From the NCBI GenBank assembly GCA_002269645.1, contig NIVC01001408.1, positions 1-64,000 on the forward strand: a stretch of 64,000 bases of DNA, given 5' to 3'. The notes below the pieces were generated by a model that was not told the DNA's origin, did not search any database, and worked only from the letters and a program-made list of their open reading frames with translations. Position 1 is the first letter of the stretch. Each line of letters begins with the position of its first letter. The DNA is from Macrostomum lignano (lineage: Eukaryota). A program made the position numbers and the translations under genes. This document shows positions 13,667 through 30,214 of this stretch, piece after piece.

Positions 13667-16600
13667 TCACTGGTCCGTCAGCAGCACAACTTTCTGCTTC
13701 CCTAGTCCCGTCCTGCGCTGTCTCAATCGCGAGCAGAAATTCCTCAGCCGATCCAGGGAGGACATGGGCTCCTCGGGCTTCGCCGTCGCCGAAGGTTTAG
13801 GAAATTTAACGCCACTGGCTGCTGGCCGAGCTCCTGATGTCGACGGAACACCCGCAGCGCATGTCGACGAAGAGTGAGCTGGAAAATAAAGATGGGGAAA
13901 AAGAGGGTTTCGGGAAATTCTGGCGCAACGCTGTACGCAAACACTCACTCGCACACACTTTCACACAGGGCACACAGCGGCCCTTTGACTTTCGAATCGT
14001 CAGGAATGTGCACTCTCCGTGCCTTGGCGGCTGGCCTTCATGAGTGTGAATCGTACAACAACTCCCCCGATCAACTTTCGAGCACAAGCCCCAAATGGAT
14101 GTGAACGAGTGGCACGAGAGCTGTTCAGTAAACCAAGAATTACCTAAAGGAAGGACTTCTGGTTGGGGTTTGGATTTCATCATCTGAGTCAGCTGGTGCA
14201 GCTGAGGTTCTTCGGCGGTTTTTGATGCTGCAGACGACGCGTCTCCATGCCGCCGTGTGGCTCTCGGGCTCAGCGCTAGCGAGTTGCAAACGTCGCCGCT
14301 ACAGCCGACCACGCGAACGAGCCGGCCGGATCGGTAGAACTCCTGGTAGGTCCGGGCGGGGCCCGGCTCCCACTGGGTGGCCCGGTCCACTCGGCTCTCG
14401 TCCCAGCGCCGTAGCCGAACGGTTTGAGTTGCTCGCTCCTCGGAGTCGGCCTCTACCTGGATGTTGCGCGAGAACAAAGCCAGCTGAGCTGTTTGCGAGC
14501 AGCTGTCGGCCAAGTCTCGGCGACGTGGCAAATGCGGCGTCTGCGTTGTCGCAACTGTTGCGGTTTTCGGCGTCGCTAATTCACTCGAACTCTTGTCGCC
14601 TTGACAACCAACGCTACTGAGCAACTTTGGCGGCGAATTCAATTCTAAACTGTCGCAGTCGTTGCTTTCCATTGAAGAGAACATCACGCTGCAGACTCGA
14701 ACTTCGTCCTCCGATGTTTGACGTCTTCTTGGTTCCGTTTGGAGAATGGCAACAGAGTCGAGATCGAGTTGCCAGGTAGTGACCGCGTTGCAGAACACAC
14801 CTTTGGTCTCCGAACAGGGCAGCGCAATCTGCAGCACAGGTTCCGAGTAATTTGTGCACTGCTCCCTCGTCAGTAGTAAATCCTGTTGACACACCTTCAT
14901 GCTCGATTGATCCAGTTCGTCAGTTGCTACCAGCGAATTTGATGTCTCAATAACATTCTGTAGGAATTCGTGCCTGCAGGCCTTGGCAAAGCCGAGTTGC
15001 ACTACCAGATGGAAGTCGGTTTGGCATTCGGCGTCCACGCTACTTGCCACCAGAGTGTCGGTTGTCAGCGACCGGCACACCGACGAGCGAAGCGTGCTGT
15101 TGTCGTACGTGAAAAATGACTCAGCCATGACGGAGGCTTCTTCTTCCCCGGCGTCGGCTGTCAGATCGCAGCTGCTGCCGCTGTCGCTGCTGCTTAACGA
15201 GGTGACATCAACGCAGCTGCCGGCGGTGCTGCCGCTCTCGCTGAAGCAGCAGGACGCCGTCAGGCGTTGCATCTCCAATCTTCCAAGGGTGATGGCCGGC
15301 GTCGTCACTTCGTTTGACGAAGCGGCGTCGAGAAACAGCAGCCGGAATCGGCGCGGCGTCGGCGGCGGCGTCGGCGGCTGGTAGTTGGTATAGCGAGCCA
15401 GGGTAGCCGCCACTCGAGGCGCCAGCATCAGCGACTCGGAGTAGCGGCCGCGTTCCACCAGCTCGCTGAAGCTGCTGACCTCGGTGAGATCGCGAAGTGC
15501 CGCTGCGATTTCGTGCCGACCGGACAGCAGATTCGAGCAGCAGTCGTAGAAACTGCGCAGCTCCTCCAGCAGAATCTGCTGAGCTGCTTTGATTGCCGCT
15601 ACCTGTAGAGGAAGGTCGGTAGTTCGGCCAGAGAAAGTCAAGGACGCCGTTACACCCTGTTGTGGCATGTAAGTGGCTGCCTGCCTGCAATCTGGCGCCT
15701 TGATTCGTCCCCCCTCAGAACTAAATAGTAGTCTCTCGTAAGATATTGTCACCGAAATTATGGTCATGCAAAAGTAAAAGAATCATCATGTCAAACATAC
15801 AATAAGCCTCATGCACAGACACTAAAAGATTAATTGGGGAATTGCTAAGATGCCAAGGCTCATAGGATATTTCTGAGATGTTAATTGGCTCATTGGATAT
15901 TTCTAAGATGTTAAGGCTCGGGGGAATCGCTATAATGCTGTGACTCTAAACTAAACGCCTAAACTGACCTGCTGGTTGGCAGCCTCCCGGATAGCCGTCT
16001 CCGTGTCAGTGAGGTGCGCCTCGATATTCCTGGCCAGTTGCAGAGCCGATCTCACCTGGCGCAGCTTGTCACCGCTGAGCCGGGAGAACTCGGCCAATTC
16101 GTCCGCCTTCTGCTGGGCGGCGTCTTTGAACTTGAGCACTGTGTGCTCCGCGTGCTCGCTCGAGAAGGTGCACCCGATGCACACCGGTGTCTGGCAGGAG
16201 GTGCAGAAAAATCGCACCAGCTCGTCGCTGTGCCGTTCGCATCGGAGCTCCATTTGCCGGTCAACGTCTACCAATTCGTGCTCGCTGGTGACGCGCACTC
16301 GCCGATGCCGCTGACGACAAGCGATGCAGAGAAGCTTGCCGCAGTCCAAGCACCTGCTGCTGGCTTGCCGGCTTCGATTGCAGAGGTCGCACAGCTCCGC
16401 GGCGGCTCCGTCGCTCATGGCGGCACTAGTAGAAGCACAAGAAGAAGACGCAGCAGCAGTCTGTTCCTGAGCCAAGCTCACCAGCTCAAGCAGTCGAGTT
16501 CGGACACTGTCAATCGGTAGGCGATCAACTCCGGGAGTGACGTCAGTCAGTCGGTGACAAGTCGGACACTGGATGCTGATCTGGATGCTTCGATAACGCG

Positions 16601-16820
16601 ACGGTCTTGTAGGCGCCGCCGCAGCTGCCAAGGTGTCCAGACAGCAGCGGCAGACGGCGTGCAGGCAAACAAGAAGCCGCGGCTGCTCGAAGTGCAGAAG
16701 GCACTGAGGACAGCGCAGGAAGTCGTCGGATAGCCGAGAAAGCAGCAAGCCAGGATTTGCGGCCGCGATCGACGACGCTGCGCCGAAACTTCTGTTGCAG
16801 GCGCTGTTAGTCTGGGACAT
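13667..16820 (-). CDS. TRIM/RBCC-family protein (RING, two B-boxes, coiled coil, long Ser/Thr-rich tail), 3 exons, ~840 aa
   Basis: Exons 16820-15969, 15602-14144 and 13878-13667 with phase-compatible GT/AG (total 2523 nt). RING CPQC...CLHAVCRCC...CPTC. B-box1 CDLC..CLDC..LC..C..H...H. B-box2 CERH...FC.SC..PVC..C....H..H. Confidence 0.85.
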
Positions 16821-17251
16821 TTTCCCTGGCACTAACACCGCAAACTATTTCCTAGAAATTCCAGCTAAGTAAGCATTTACTGCAGTATATACTGCTGGTC
16901 AAGATTTACGCTGATTTGGGACAATTATAAACAGTTCCACTACGACTTTTGCCTAATCTGTAGGCAGCGCAGTCCTGACTAGAGCTTCATATTTATAGGG
17001 AATGGCGATCTCCCGGACCAGGGAAATGGGACAGTTCGTGGTTGGTTGGACTTTGCGTCTTTCGCTGGCTGCTGCTGCGTGTTTAGTCGAGTCTCTAGAA
17101 TTGGGGGAGATGGAGGACGCAGGGGGGGGGGGAAAGCGAGGCACGGAAATTGGGAATCTGGGAAAGTGGGAGAGTTCCGAATCGGCATCTGAAGAGGAGG
17201 TTTGGGAAGATGTTTTATGGTCTTTGGGGTCCGGCATATTGCATGCAGCAC

Positions 17252-17280
17252 GGTGTGTGTGTGTGTGTGTGTGTGTGCGT
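17252..17280. repeat. (GT)n microsatellite
   Basis: Direct reading. Confidence 0.9.
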
Positions 17281-17589
17281 GTGGCATCCCCTAACCCACC
17301 CGAATCGCTGCACTAACCAGTTTGTAACTTCGGCACACACGCGAATGTACTTTGGCTAAGGTTGAAGCGTATATTAACTTTTTTTCTATGCCATTTTTCA
17401 CCTTCCATCTCGTCCTCTGTTAGACTGAAGCCCAACACCACTACTGCATGCAGGCGTGCGACTCGATGCTTTCCAATCTGCATGCTTGCCACACGCTTGA
17501 AGTAGTAACTCGGCATTGAAGCAATGTCGTCTAATGAATTCACTGCAACCCGTGATGTACGCAGAGCGGATCGAGTGGAAGACAGGAAC

Positions 17590-17876
17590 ACTTGAGAGAC
17601 AGGGGCGCCCAACAAGAGATAGGGGCGCCCAACAAGAGACAGGAGCGCCCACCAAGAGACAGGGGCGCCCACCAAGAGACAGGGGCGCCCACAAAGAGAC
17701 AGGAGCGCCCACCAAGAGACAGGGGCGCCCACCAAGAGACAGGGGCGCCCACCAAGAGACAGGGGCGCCCACAAAGAGACAGGAGCGCCCACCAAGAGAC
17801 AGGGGCGCCCACCAAGAGACAGGGGCGCCCACCAAGAGACAGGGGCGCCCACCAAGAGACAGGGGCGCCCACCAAA
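17590..17876. repeat. 20-bp minisatellite ACCAAGAGACAGGGGCGCCC
   Basis: About 14 tandem copies. Confidence 0.95.
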
Positions 17877-19020
17877 AGATGGGACAAACACCAGCTAAGG
17901 ACACTTCACCTTTGCTTTTTGTCACATTCGTTTTCTTAAAGCTATGCAACTACATGGTATACATTGCAGAGTGCTAAGTACATTGTGAACCGATTAATAG
18001 TTTCGTGACAAAGCAGCTCTCTGCCTCAATCCACATTTCTTATTTAAAGAACAACATAAATATAGTTTTTTATTTCAATATACATGTCATATATGTATAT
18101 AGTGTTGTAAAAGCATTGTAACAACGGCGCGAAAAATTACACGTAATTTATCCGAATAAAATAATCTTTGGAAATTTTATACCTCAAATCAATACCACAA
18201 ATCCTTTTTAAAAAATAGTGGAGTATAACTCAACGCTTATAAATACAGAAAATATGTATGGGCAATCGTGTAGCACTCAGATCAAAATTTGAAGCAAACA
18301 ATAACAAATGTCATAGACGGAAGACTTGTTAGGCTTCAATTATACATACGCTCGTAGGAAGCATTGGGAATTATAGCAAAAAGACCACTGCAAATGTAAA
18401 TAATATCGTGGTAGACAATGTTTTACGAAATTAAGAAATAAAAATTGAAAACGAAAAACAGGTTTTACCGTGGATAGATAACAATTTTTACACGTACGAA
18501 AATGAAGACAATTTAATCTTCATTAAAACAAGTATTTAGCAATCGTATATATAGTCAGGACACTTGGAATAATTATAACTGCAATTAAAATAATTTACAC
18601 CACTCGTTGCTTGAAAGGGCTGCTTACCATTTGTCTTGAACCGAACTAAAGCCGGAATGCTTTGGCGCCAATTTAAAATCGAAGTATAAAAATGTATTTA
18701 CCCTGAGAAAGCGCAGCACAAATATTCTTCGAATAAAAACACTAACATCAGATAATTTATCTCGTCATAACTCATTTTAGCAAGTAGTAGCAACAATTTT
18801 TTTATGTTCGATAACTACTAGAGGGTTAAAAAACATAACATAACATAAAAACATAAGATCCATAACAACTTGTGTAGTTTTAAACAAAAATAAAGCCGTA
18901 AATTTTGGTGCTAATTTAAATTCAAAATTCAAACTGTATGCTAATATATGTAGCGTTACGCTTTTGTGCAACATTTTTCAAAAAATCAGGGACGGTATGT
19001 TTCTTGCTATTAAAATTACA

Positions 19021-22000
19021 TTATCGACAGCCGTAATAGTCGAGATATCTGTAGCTGTTCGCCGCCAGCATGGCGCTCGCCAGCTCCCTGGAGCGTCGAG
19101 TCCGTCGCATTGTCAGATTGGCTATCCTCAGCCGCTGCTGCATCTCCTGCGCTTCTCGGCGCTCCTGCTCGCTTTTTCGACGAAGCCATCTGGTTTAAAA
19201 ATATGAAAAACATCGTTAATTGATCCTATTTAAAAGTTGCGGCTTTGATACCGATCAAATTTGATCTTTTGCGCTCTTAATTGAATATCAATTGGCTCTT
19301 CATGTCTATCGGGTGACCAACATATGATAGTCAGCTGTCTTATAAGTAAACACTCCTGTCTAACAGGTGACACTCCTGTCTAGCAGGTGACACTCCTGTC
19401 TAATAGCTGACACTCCTGTCTAACAGGTGACACTCCTGTCTAACAGGTGACACTCCTGTGTAACAGTTGACACTCCTGTGTAACAGGTGACACTCCTGTG
19501 TAACAGTTGACACTCCTGTGTAACAGGTGACACTCCTGTGTAACAGGTGACACCCCTGTGTAACAGGTGACACTCCTGTGTAACAGGTGACACTCCTGTG
19601 TAACAGGTGACACTCCTGTGTAACAGGTGACACTCCTGTGTAACAGGTGACACTCCTGTGTAACAGGTGACACTCCTGTGTAACAGGTGACACTCCTGTG
19701 TAACAGGTGACACTCCTGTGTAACAGGTGACACTCCTGTGTAACAGGTGACACTCCTGTGTAACAGGTGACACTCCTGTGTAACAGGTGACACTCCTGTG
19801 TAACAGGTGACACTCCTGTCTAACAGGTGACACTCCTGTCTAACAGTTGACACTATCCTGTCTAACAGGTATTAACTACTAGTCCGGACCAGTATGACAA
19901 CTTTTACAACCAGTTGAGTCAATAAATCTGTCTCACCGTCGGTACGCTCGACGCGCTTCTCTGGGCGTGTGACCCCGACTGCTGCTCTGCAGGGCCTCCT
20001 CCTCCTCAGCCTTGGCGTAGACCCTCTCCCTGGCGCTCTGCGACCGCTTGCCGGACAGCCACTGGCCAAAAGTTGGCTGCTGTTCCCGCTTCTCCTCAGC
20101 CTCTTTGTCGCGTTGTTCCTTCTCGGCTTTCTCCCGTTCGGATCTCTGCTGCTCCTCCTGCTTCTGTCGCTTGCGCTTTTCTTCCAGCCAGGCTTCAAAA
20201 CTTTTCTGCGTCTCTGCTCGTTTCTGGCGTTCCTGCTCTTCAGCCTCGGCTTGGCGTTGCTGGCGCTCGAGCTCCCGGCGTTCCTCTCTGCGTTTCTGCT
20301 CATTTTTGGCTTGCAACCACAGCCGGAAGCCGTTGTCGTCGCTAGAAGCGGCCGAACCGTTGGACCGGGGACTCGAAGCTTTGCAAATGTTTGGTAATTA
20401 TTTCTCGAGATCATTTTTGCAGCAAAAGTTAGAGCTTATGATCTGATGTGACATTGACAAGCTTAACTGTCGTCTGAGTTAGTGAGTTCAACATTCATTT
20501 GGACCTTGTGTCCACGAAAATTGGCTGAGGAAGTTGTCGTCCGATTCACGCCATGATTGGTCCAACCCTCAGGTACCACTCTGTGCTGTGGGGGAGGTAT
20601 AGGCTCTCGCGAGAGGAAGCACGACAAGCCTCCGTGAATTTTTGCTTCTCGCGCATAAACCTAAAAATCAATTTAGCTAGCACACGGAATCGAATCCTTT
20701 GATGCCGAGAGTCTCCTTCTGATGCTACCATCTGACCCCACAGCCCTTCAAACCCCTGACTGTTAAGATCTCTAAGCGAAGCAAGTCGTAAACAAAAATG
20801 TCAGTTCCTACCCATAGTCCGACCCTTCCTATTCGTTGTCGAAGGCTTCTCTTGTCCGCTGTCGTCACCAGTTGATTTAGCATTGTTATCATCGTCCATT
20901 TCCCTTGTAGCGGAGTTTCTCTCCACTTCAGGCGAAGCCGATCTCAATGATGAAGCGTCTTCGCAATCCAGGCCGTCCATTTGGACATTAGTCCCGCCAC
21001 CGTAATGGTTGTCAGCAGTCACAGACTGATCGTCGGCTGCATCGCCTTCGGTTAATGGATCAGTATTGTCATTTATGGAGTCCGGATCGAAGTCCCTTGG
21101 CGTTGACGACTCGTCGTTCTGAGTAGTCGGCGGAGGCGACGGCGAAGGAGCTACTTGGACCAGCTGCTCGCTGAATCTGATTCTGGATGGTCGCTTTTCA
21201 GCTGGTGGCGGTGTCGGCTCCCGTTGAAGCTCGGCGTTGAGAGTCTCCAGCCTGGCTACCGTCTCCTCGTAGTCCGCTGGTGGCTCTGTGGTTCATTACA
21301 TAGACTTGCTACACTGATGTCTGACACTTGCTACACTGCTGTCTGACACTTGCTACACTGCTGTCTGACACTTGCTACACTGCTGTCTGACACTTGCTAC
21401 ACTGATGTCTGACACTTGCTAAACTGTTGTCTGACACTTGATACACTGCTGTCATCTGACACTTGCTACACTGATGTCTGACACTTGCTACACTGCTGTC
21501 ATCTGACACTTGCTACACTGATGTCTGACACTTGCTACACTGTTGTCTGACACTTGATACACTGCTGTCATCTGACACTTGCTACACTGTTGTCTGACAC
21601 TTGCTACACTGCTGTCTGACACTTGCTACACTGCTGTCTGACACTTGCTACACTGCTGTCATCTGACACTTGCTACACTGATGTCTGACACTTGCTACAC
21701 TGTTGTCTGACACTTGCTACACTGCTGTCATCTGACACTTGCTACACTGATGTCTGACACTTGCTACACTGTTGTCTGACACTTGATACACTGCTGTCAT
21801 CTGACACTTGCTACACTGTTGTCTGACACTTGCTACACTGATGTCATCTGACACTTACTACACTGCTGTCTGACACTTGCTACACTGATGTCTGACACTT
21901 GCTATATATGGTTGTCATCTGACACTTCTAATATTATCACTATGACACAGGTCAAGCAAGCTGGGCCTGTTTACCTAGTAGCAATTGGTAGTACTGTTGA

Positions 22001-22254
22001 TCTCTCTCATCTAAAAATGAGATATTGTAATTTATACATCAGAATACTTTTCAAAAGCACAGATTAACAATTTAAAACTAGGCTGCATCCCATGATGCAC
22101 AGTACTAATGACTCTAGCATGTGTCTGACCTACCATTCCAATCATTTGGACTGACTTTCTGAAGTCTGTCCAACTCTTCCATAGCAGCTAGCTGGTCATC
22201 TCTTATGGAATAGTCATCAGATGGAGGCTCATGCACTTCTGTGCTGTCTGACAT
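19021..22254 (-). CDS. CCDC181: CCDC181-like coiled-coil protein (~400 aa, at least 4 exons)
   Basis: Predicted exons 22254-22134, 21285-20812, ~20378-19937 (acceptor tentative) and 19189-19021, all phase-compatible. Repeated F..WL..K motifs (GFRLWLQAK, SFEAWLEEK, TFGQWLSGK, AYRRWLRRK), RIRFSEQLV and C-terminal SYRYLDYY resemble CCDC181 as recalled. Confidence 0.65.
19350..19865. repeat. Intronic 20-bp minisatellite TAACAGGTGACACTCCTGTG
   Basis: About 25 near-identical copies with an internal ACAGG/CCTGT inverted repeat and no spacers. Confidence 0.97.
21302..21925. repeat. Intronic 22/25-bp minisatellite TCTGACACTTGCTACACTGCTG(TCA)
   Basis: Tandem array in the first CCDC181-like intron. 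Confidence 0.95.
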
Positions 22255-23405
22255 GAGTGCTTATTATTCTAGCATGCATTTTAATAGGTTATTAAAATTC
22301 AATGTAGGAATATGGAACAAAATTCCATCCAATAGCAAAATAAAAACTGATGGACATTTAACAATTGAAAGTCAATCTTAATTAATTAAAAATGAATAAA
22401 CAATCTGCTCAATTCTTTCTATTGTATAAATATATTATTATTAAAAAAATATTTAATAAAAAAACAAAATCTGATGTACTTTCAAAAAGTTGAATAATAA
22501 AAAATAAAATCTGAAGCCAAAACAAATAGTATTACTTATACGTTTGTAGCCTTCTTTATTAATAAAATCTGGAAACCCTAATGGGTCTTAAGTTAAAGTT
22601 ATTATTTTTTATAATACTATTAGCTGTACCTAAATACGTCTACAATACTTATAACTTTTACTATGTCCAGTCGAAGTCAACATGAATAAAAAAAGAAAGA
22701 AAATAATTGTTCTATATACATGTCTTTTCCCTGTTATATTCTATAAAATCTTCCATGCCACTTCACGATTCGCTTCACTATTTAATTAACTATATCGTAG
22801 AGCTTATCAAAATCAATTGACTTGTCAAGAAAACCAACAAAGACTTGAGCACCTTGAGTCTAAATGAATTAAAAAAACATAAACTAGTAATTAGTTGAAC
22901 CCAATCCGATTAAAAAATCAAGCACATAGCCATAGGTATACCTAGGTTGACGAAAATTGTAATCCTAAAGGTCAAGTTAAAAATAAGAGAAACTGTCTGT
23001 AAGCAGTTTAACAAATATTACCATGGTTACAAAATTAAACTTCTTTTTATCGAGCAAATTCATGTTGTTTCCTACACGCAGAACTAACGTTTTTAATGCA
23101 AGGAACAATTTAAAATCTGTGCCATGCTAATTAACCCTTAATTCGACAAAAATATACAGATTACTTCTAAAAGCGTAAATTTTGGCGGAGGAAGGCTGAT
23201 TCATATTGATTCATATTGTCATTCATTGAGTCAGTTGATTCATATTCATCAACACCGTTGGGAATTTACAACAAAAATATTTATAAAGACAATTTAAATA
23301 CAACTTGAGTCGTCCTTGTTGTTGTTAACAAGTTAGATTAAAGACGATAAAATAATATCTTGAGAACGTGTATACGCAATTATATCGAAATACATGTAAT
23401 ACATA

Positions 23406-23643
23406 CAGGGACTATTACTCGGGACGGGAAATGACAATATTTTTTGGCCGATCTATTAATATCTTAGTCCTCGGAAAGCATCGCTTGGATAGGTTTTTAC
23501 CACCAAAGACACAAATTCACTGGCTACAAGGTAAACCTATATCGCAGTATTGCGCGCTTTTCGAGGATTAAGTTATTATTAATTAATAGATCGGCCTCCA
23601 AATATTGTAGTTTCACGTCCTAAGAGTATTTGAGTAGTCCCTG
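23406..23643. mobile_element. hAT-type MITE (238 bp)
   Basis: Imperfect ~60-bp TIRs (CAGGGACTA...GGCCGATCTATTAAT and its reverse complement). Flanks AATACATA / AATACATG form an 8-bp TSD with 1 mismatch. Confidence 0.7.
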
Positions 23644-23655
23644 AATACATGCATG

Positions 23656-24900
23656 TACGAGGTGATCCCAAAAGTAAGTTTCGGTCAGCTGTTAACAGTG
23701 AGTAATTAGTTATAAAAACGTTAACTTGTCCAGCCACCACTTCAAGTCACTCCACAAATCGGCCGCCAAGCTCAACGCACTTTTCCCAGCGACGACGCAC
23801 CCACGCTTCAAAGGCGGGCCTGCAGCCGGCGATCGCCAGATGTCAGAGAGCTGATGAAGCGCTGTTGTTCACCTGCTCCTCAGATCCGAAACGCTGGCCA
23901 CGAAGGCGATCTATTTCATCTACGGGAACAAAAAAGTACACCGGAGTCAAATCAGGCGAGTAGCGCGGATGGCGGAGAATTTCCCAGTTCCAGGAGTTGA
24001 GCAGTTCTTCAACCCGTCTGGCCCGATGCACCGGGGCGTTTTCGTGATGGAAGATGACGCCTCAGCCGCTTTTTCCTTATCGCTGGTCGCAGTTTCTCCT
24101 GAAGCACCCATCAATAGTACTCAGCATACACCTGGTACCCACAGGCACAGGCCAGTCCAGAATGATCCCGCCAATGTCAAAAAAATGATGTGCATCACCT
24201 TCAATGAGCCTCGCTTGCGTCGCACCTTCTCGGGACTCGCCGATCCTATCGGAAGCCACTGCGCTCACTGTCGCTTCAGCTCTGGGTCCCATTCGTAGAC
24301 CCACGTCTCGTCTCCGTCACTAGTATTCTATCGAGAAATTCGTACGTCGCCTTCACGACGAACCCGACGGAGTCAGTCCCAGGACACCACCGCCCACTCC
24401 TCCATCTGCTCGTCAGTCAGCAGGTGTGGCACCCATTTGGCGAAAAGCTTCTGTAGGCCTAAATTCTCGGTCAGAATGCGGTGCACAGTGCTGTGGGGAA
24501 TGCCGAGGAGTTCCTCCAGCTCACTGCATGTCATTCTGTTGTCTTCACTCACAGCAGCCATCACGCGATCAGCATTGGCATCCGTTGTCGCAGTTCATGG
24601 TCGTCCAGAACGCTCTTTGTCCTCCATGCAGTCCCGTCCTTCTCGGATTTCTCGCACCCACTTCCTGACCGTTTGAATGGATGGTGCAGCTTCTCCAAGG
24701 ACTCTCACGAGTTCTTGGTGAATCTCTGGTGTCGATTTTCCAGACAGCACAGAAAACTTGATGATGCTTCGAACGTCGTAGCGAGAGAACGAGCTCGACA
24801 CGGCCATGGTTGCAAAGGGCTGTGTGCTTGCATGGGCTGCAGTCATGCAGCTCGAGAACAAGCTAGGACTTAGCGACTTATTTAGGAATGGGCCATAGAC
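23656..24900 (-). mobile_element. Decayed mariner (DD34D) transposon
   Basis: HTH region RSIIKF..LSGKS..EIH..L..V.G, ERSGRP, WVPHLLT, GDETWV, HHENAP and YSPDL. One TA-CGAGG terminus at 23656. Stops and frameshifts present; 2nd and 3rd catalytic Asp altered. The other TIR was not found. Confidence 0.9.
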
Positions 24901-25434
24901 AAAAAGGAATGCAACAACGTACATCCTATCTGGTCCACGGCCATGAGCTGGATATCTGGCCAATGAGATAATAAATTACCGATCCTTGGTTCAGGTTGAA
25001 CTAATTACGGAATTGACTAGCAATTATCTTTGACTAAATGAAATTATGAGCTTGTTTAAAACGCGGAATGCGTAGTTTTAGCGACAGGCTTAGCAGGCTG
25101 AAACCGGCAATCATTTAATTGGCCCCAAGCTTTAATCGTTGCTGCGGGCAGGTTAATGCATTTTGTCAGCCCTCAACAGCTAATAGATTAACGGAGGCTG
25201 AGCCATGTGCTACAATTATGAGATATTGAGATATGAGATATGAGATTATGAGATCGTAAAAATATTCTCAAAAAAACTTCAACCCATCTATCATTAACAC
25301 TATTTGATTAAACCCGATTAAGCTAAAACAAATAAAAAAAATCATCCTCAAACCCTAAAAGATACAAACTTTTCAATACATTGGCAAATTCCTTCGCTCA
25401 GAGTCTGCATCGCTTTAGACTGAACCGGCTCTAG

Positions 25435-28332
<2,898 letters not shown>

Positions 28333-29627
28333 TGCGGAAAAAGTATCCGGTCTTTTTGTTAAACATGATTGTCTCCCTGACTTTATAGTTGAATAATCTC
28401 AGTCATTATTGTTGCCCTGTTTAACTTACTTGATTGTTGGCCTGATCAGCTTGATTGTTGGCCTGATCAACTTGATTGTTGCCCTGTTTAACTTACTTGA
28501 CTGTGCTATCGATTAAAATGGAATTTTCGATGGCAGTGTGAAGAAGTCTTAAGGCTAAATTTTTATGCTCCTTAGAAAAATGTAAATAGCAAAAACCAAT
28601 ATCAGAAACCTAATCTTATCACGAATATTTTACCCTTTTGATTGGTTATTTTTTCTGTTTTGTGCGGTCAATGCGCAATTTGCATTGGATGCATTAAACT
28701 GTTTAAAACTGATTTATCTAACAAAAACAGTTTCTTTGTGCATGCAACCCCGCCATCTCACTGACTGATATAAGTTTATATTTTTTTCATTTATAATAAG
28801 TAGTATGTAATAAATGTGACTGATTCTGACTCTTATTAAGAATAATTACCCACATAAAACTAAATAAATTCTGTTCTAAATCCTCAAATAATTGATACTG
28901 TGTTTAACAGTAGGAATACTGAGTTATTATTCCACACGTTGCCACCCACTGAAGGTGTCCGGGGGGGGATGACGAAATGCTTGAGAGACTAGCTGAGGAT
29001 GTTCAGTAGCTGAGGTTTTGCCACTGTGGAGGCTTGATCAGCGAAACTTGAAAAATTCCAATAGGATGACCATAGTCACCTTGTAGCACCTGTTGAATGT
29101 CCAGAAGTTCCGTCTGAGTTGAAGGCCAGTAACCAATGAAGCCAGAGCTGATGCAGACACGTGTGGTCGACGTGCTGATGAAATTTAGAGGCTTGGCAAG
29201 GCTGCACTGAGGCGCAGTGCTGATTGGCGCACAGAGGTGTACTGAATACACTGGCTCTTAGGGGAAAATCCGACTTTCCGGCAGAATCGTTGAATATCTC
29301 GACGGTCCGGAGGGCTGGCGACTTGATTCTTGTTTGAGAAGATACGCAACAGAAAGTTTGCCTGTGTTCTTGAATTTCGTGCGCCTGCGTTGCTCCTTTT
29401 TGAAGCAGCAAAAAAATGTCGGGAAGGATTCCCCCTTGGTAGTTTTACTGTTAACACATCGATTTGTTTGTCTATTCTCTCGTCACATACTATGAATCTA
29501 ACGCTGCTCCTCTGAGTCTGAAACTGTCGAAACCTTTAATATTGACACTCGGTTTCCTTATTTTCTGTTTATCGCTAAGTTAGCAAATCTTCCTAAAGTC
29601 TTACTTAGTCTTTTTTCGAGATGTCAC

Positions 29628-30214
29628 TTGACTTAGCTTGACTTAACTGTAGGGGGTTCAGCGCATCCGGATGCAGCGAGGAGGCGTTGCCGCGCCCATT
29701 TCGCTAATCGCACAGGGTGCCGGTGTCCGCAGCGCGGTCCCCCTCCGGACAGTCCAGGGGATGGATTGTCGCTCGCCCGGTAGCCCTTAGGTAGCGGACG
29801 AGCTGTCAGAGATTCTCGGGCCTGAAAACGTCGGAGAGGTCCGGGTTTGGGCCGAGGTAGGTGAGCCTGTCCTGAATAAAGGTGGGGCATTCACAGATGA
29901 AGTGCTCCGCATTCTTGACACCGGAGAAGCAGAATGGGCATTCCTTGCTGCGGATTTTTCCCTGGAGGTGGCGATGCCTGGAAAAACAGCCATGACCCGA
30001 AAGGGCCATGGTCACCGCCCTGATGTCCCTGCGGTTGAGTACAAGTAGGGCCTTGCGCAGGGCGGAGGAAGGACGGGGGACAGCCGCGCGGGATCGCCGG
30101 CAGTTGGGGCTTTAAGCCCACCTCTCCTTGTGCTTTGAAGCCACCCATTGGTTGATCCGAGTGGGGGCCACGGGCAGGAAACCAGTAAAAGAACCGGTCG
30201 AGCCAGCCTTGGCC
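29628..30214 (-). mobile_element. 587-bp 5'-truncated copy of a related Loa/R1-group LINE
   Basis: 13-bp TSD TTCGAGATGTCAC (29615-29627, 30215-30227). Encodes AKAGS...[10 protein letters not shown]...[18 protein letters not shown], homologous to the C-terminus of ORF2 at 7312-11128. TCAAG/TAAG-like tail. Confidence 0.88.

Noticed and set aside
19350-19865. CRISPR-like array (repeat with an internal palindrome)
   Set aside because: Units are contiguous with no unique spacers, there are no cas genes, and it lies in a eukaryotic intron: a minisatellite.
29003-29515. Overlapping short ORFs; one Cys pattern (LCANQHCASVQPCQASKF...TC) is vaguely PAN-like
   Set aside because: No consistent splice structure or convincing motif.
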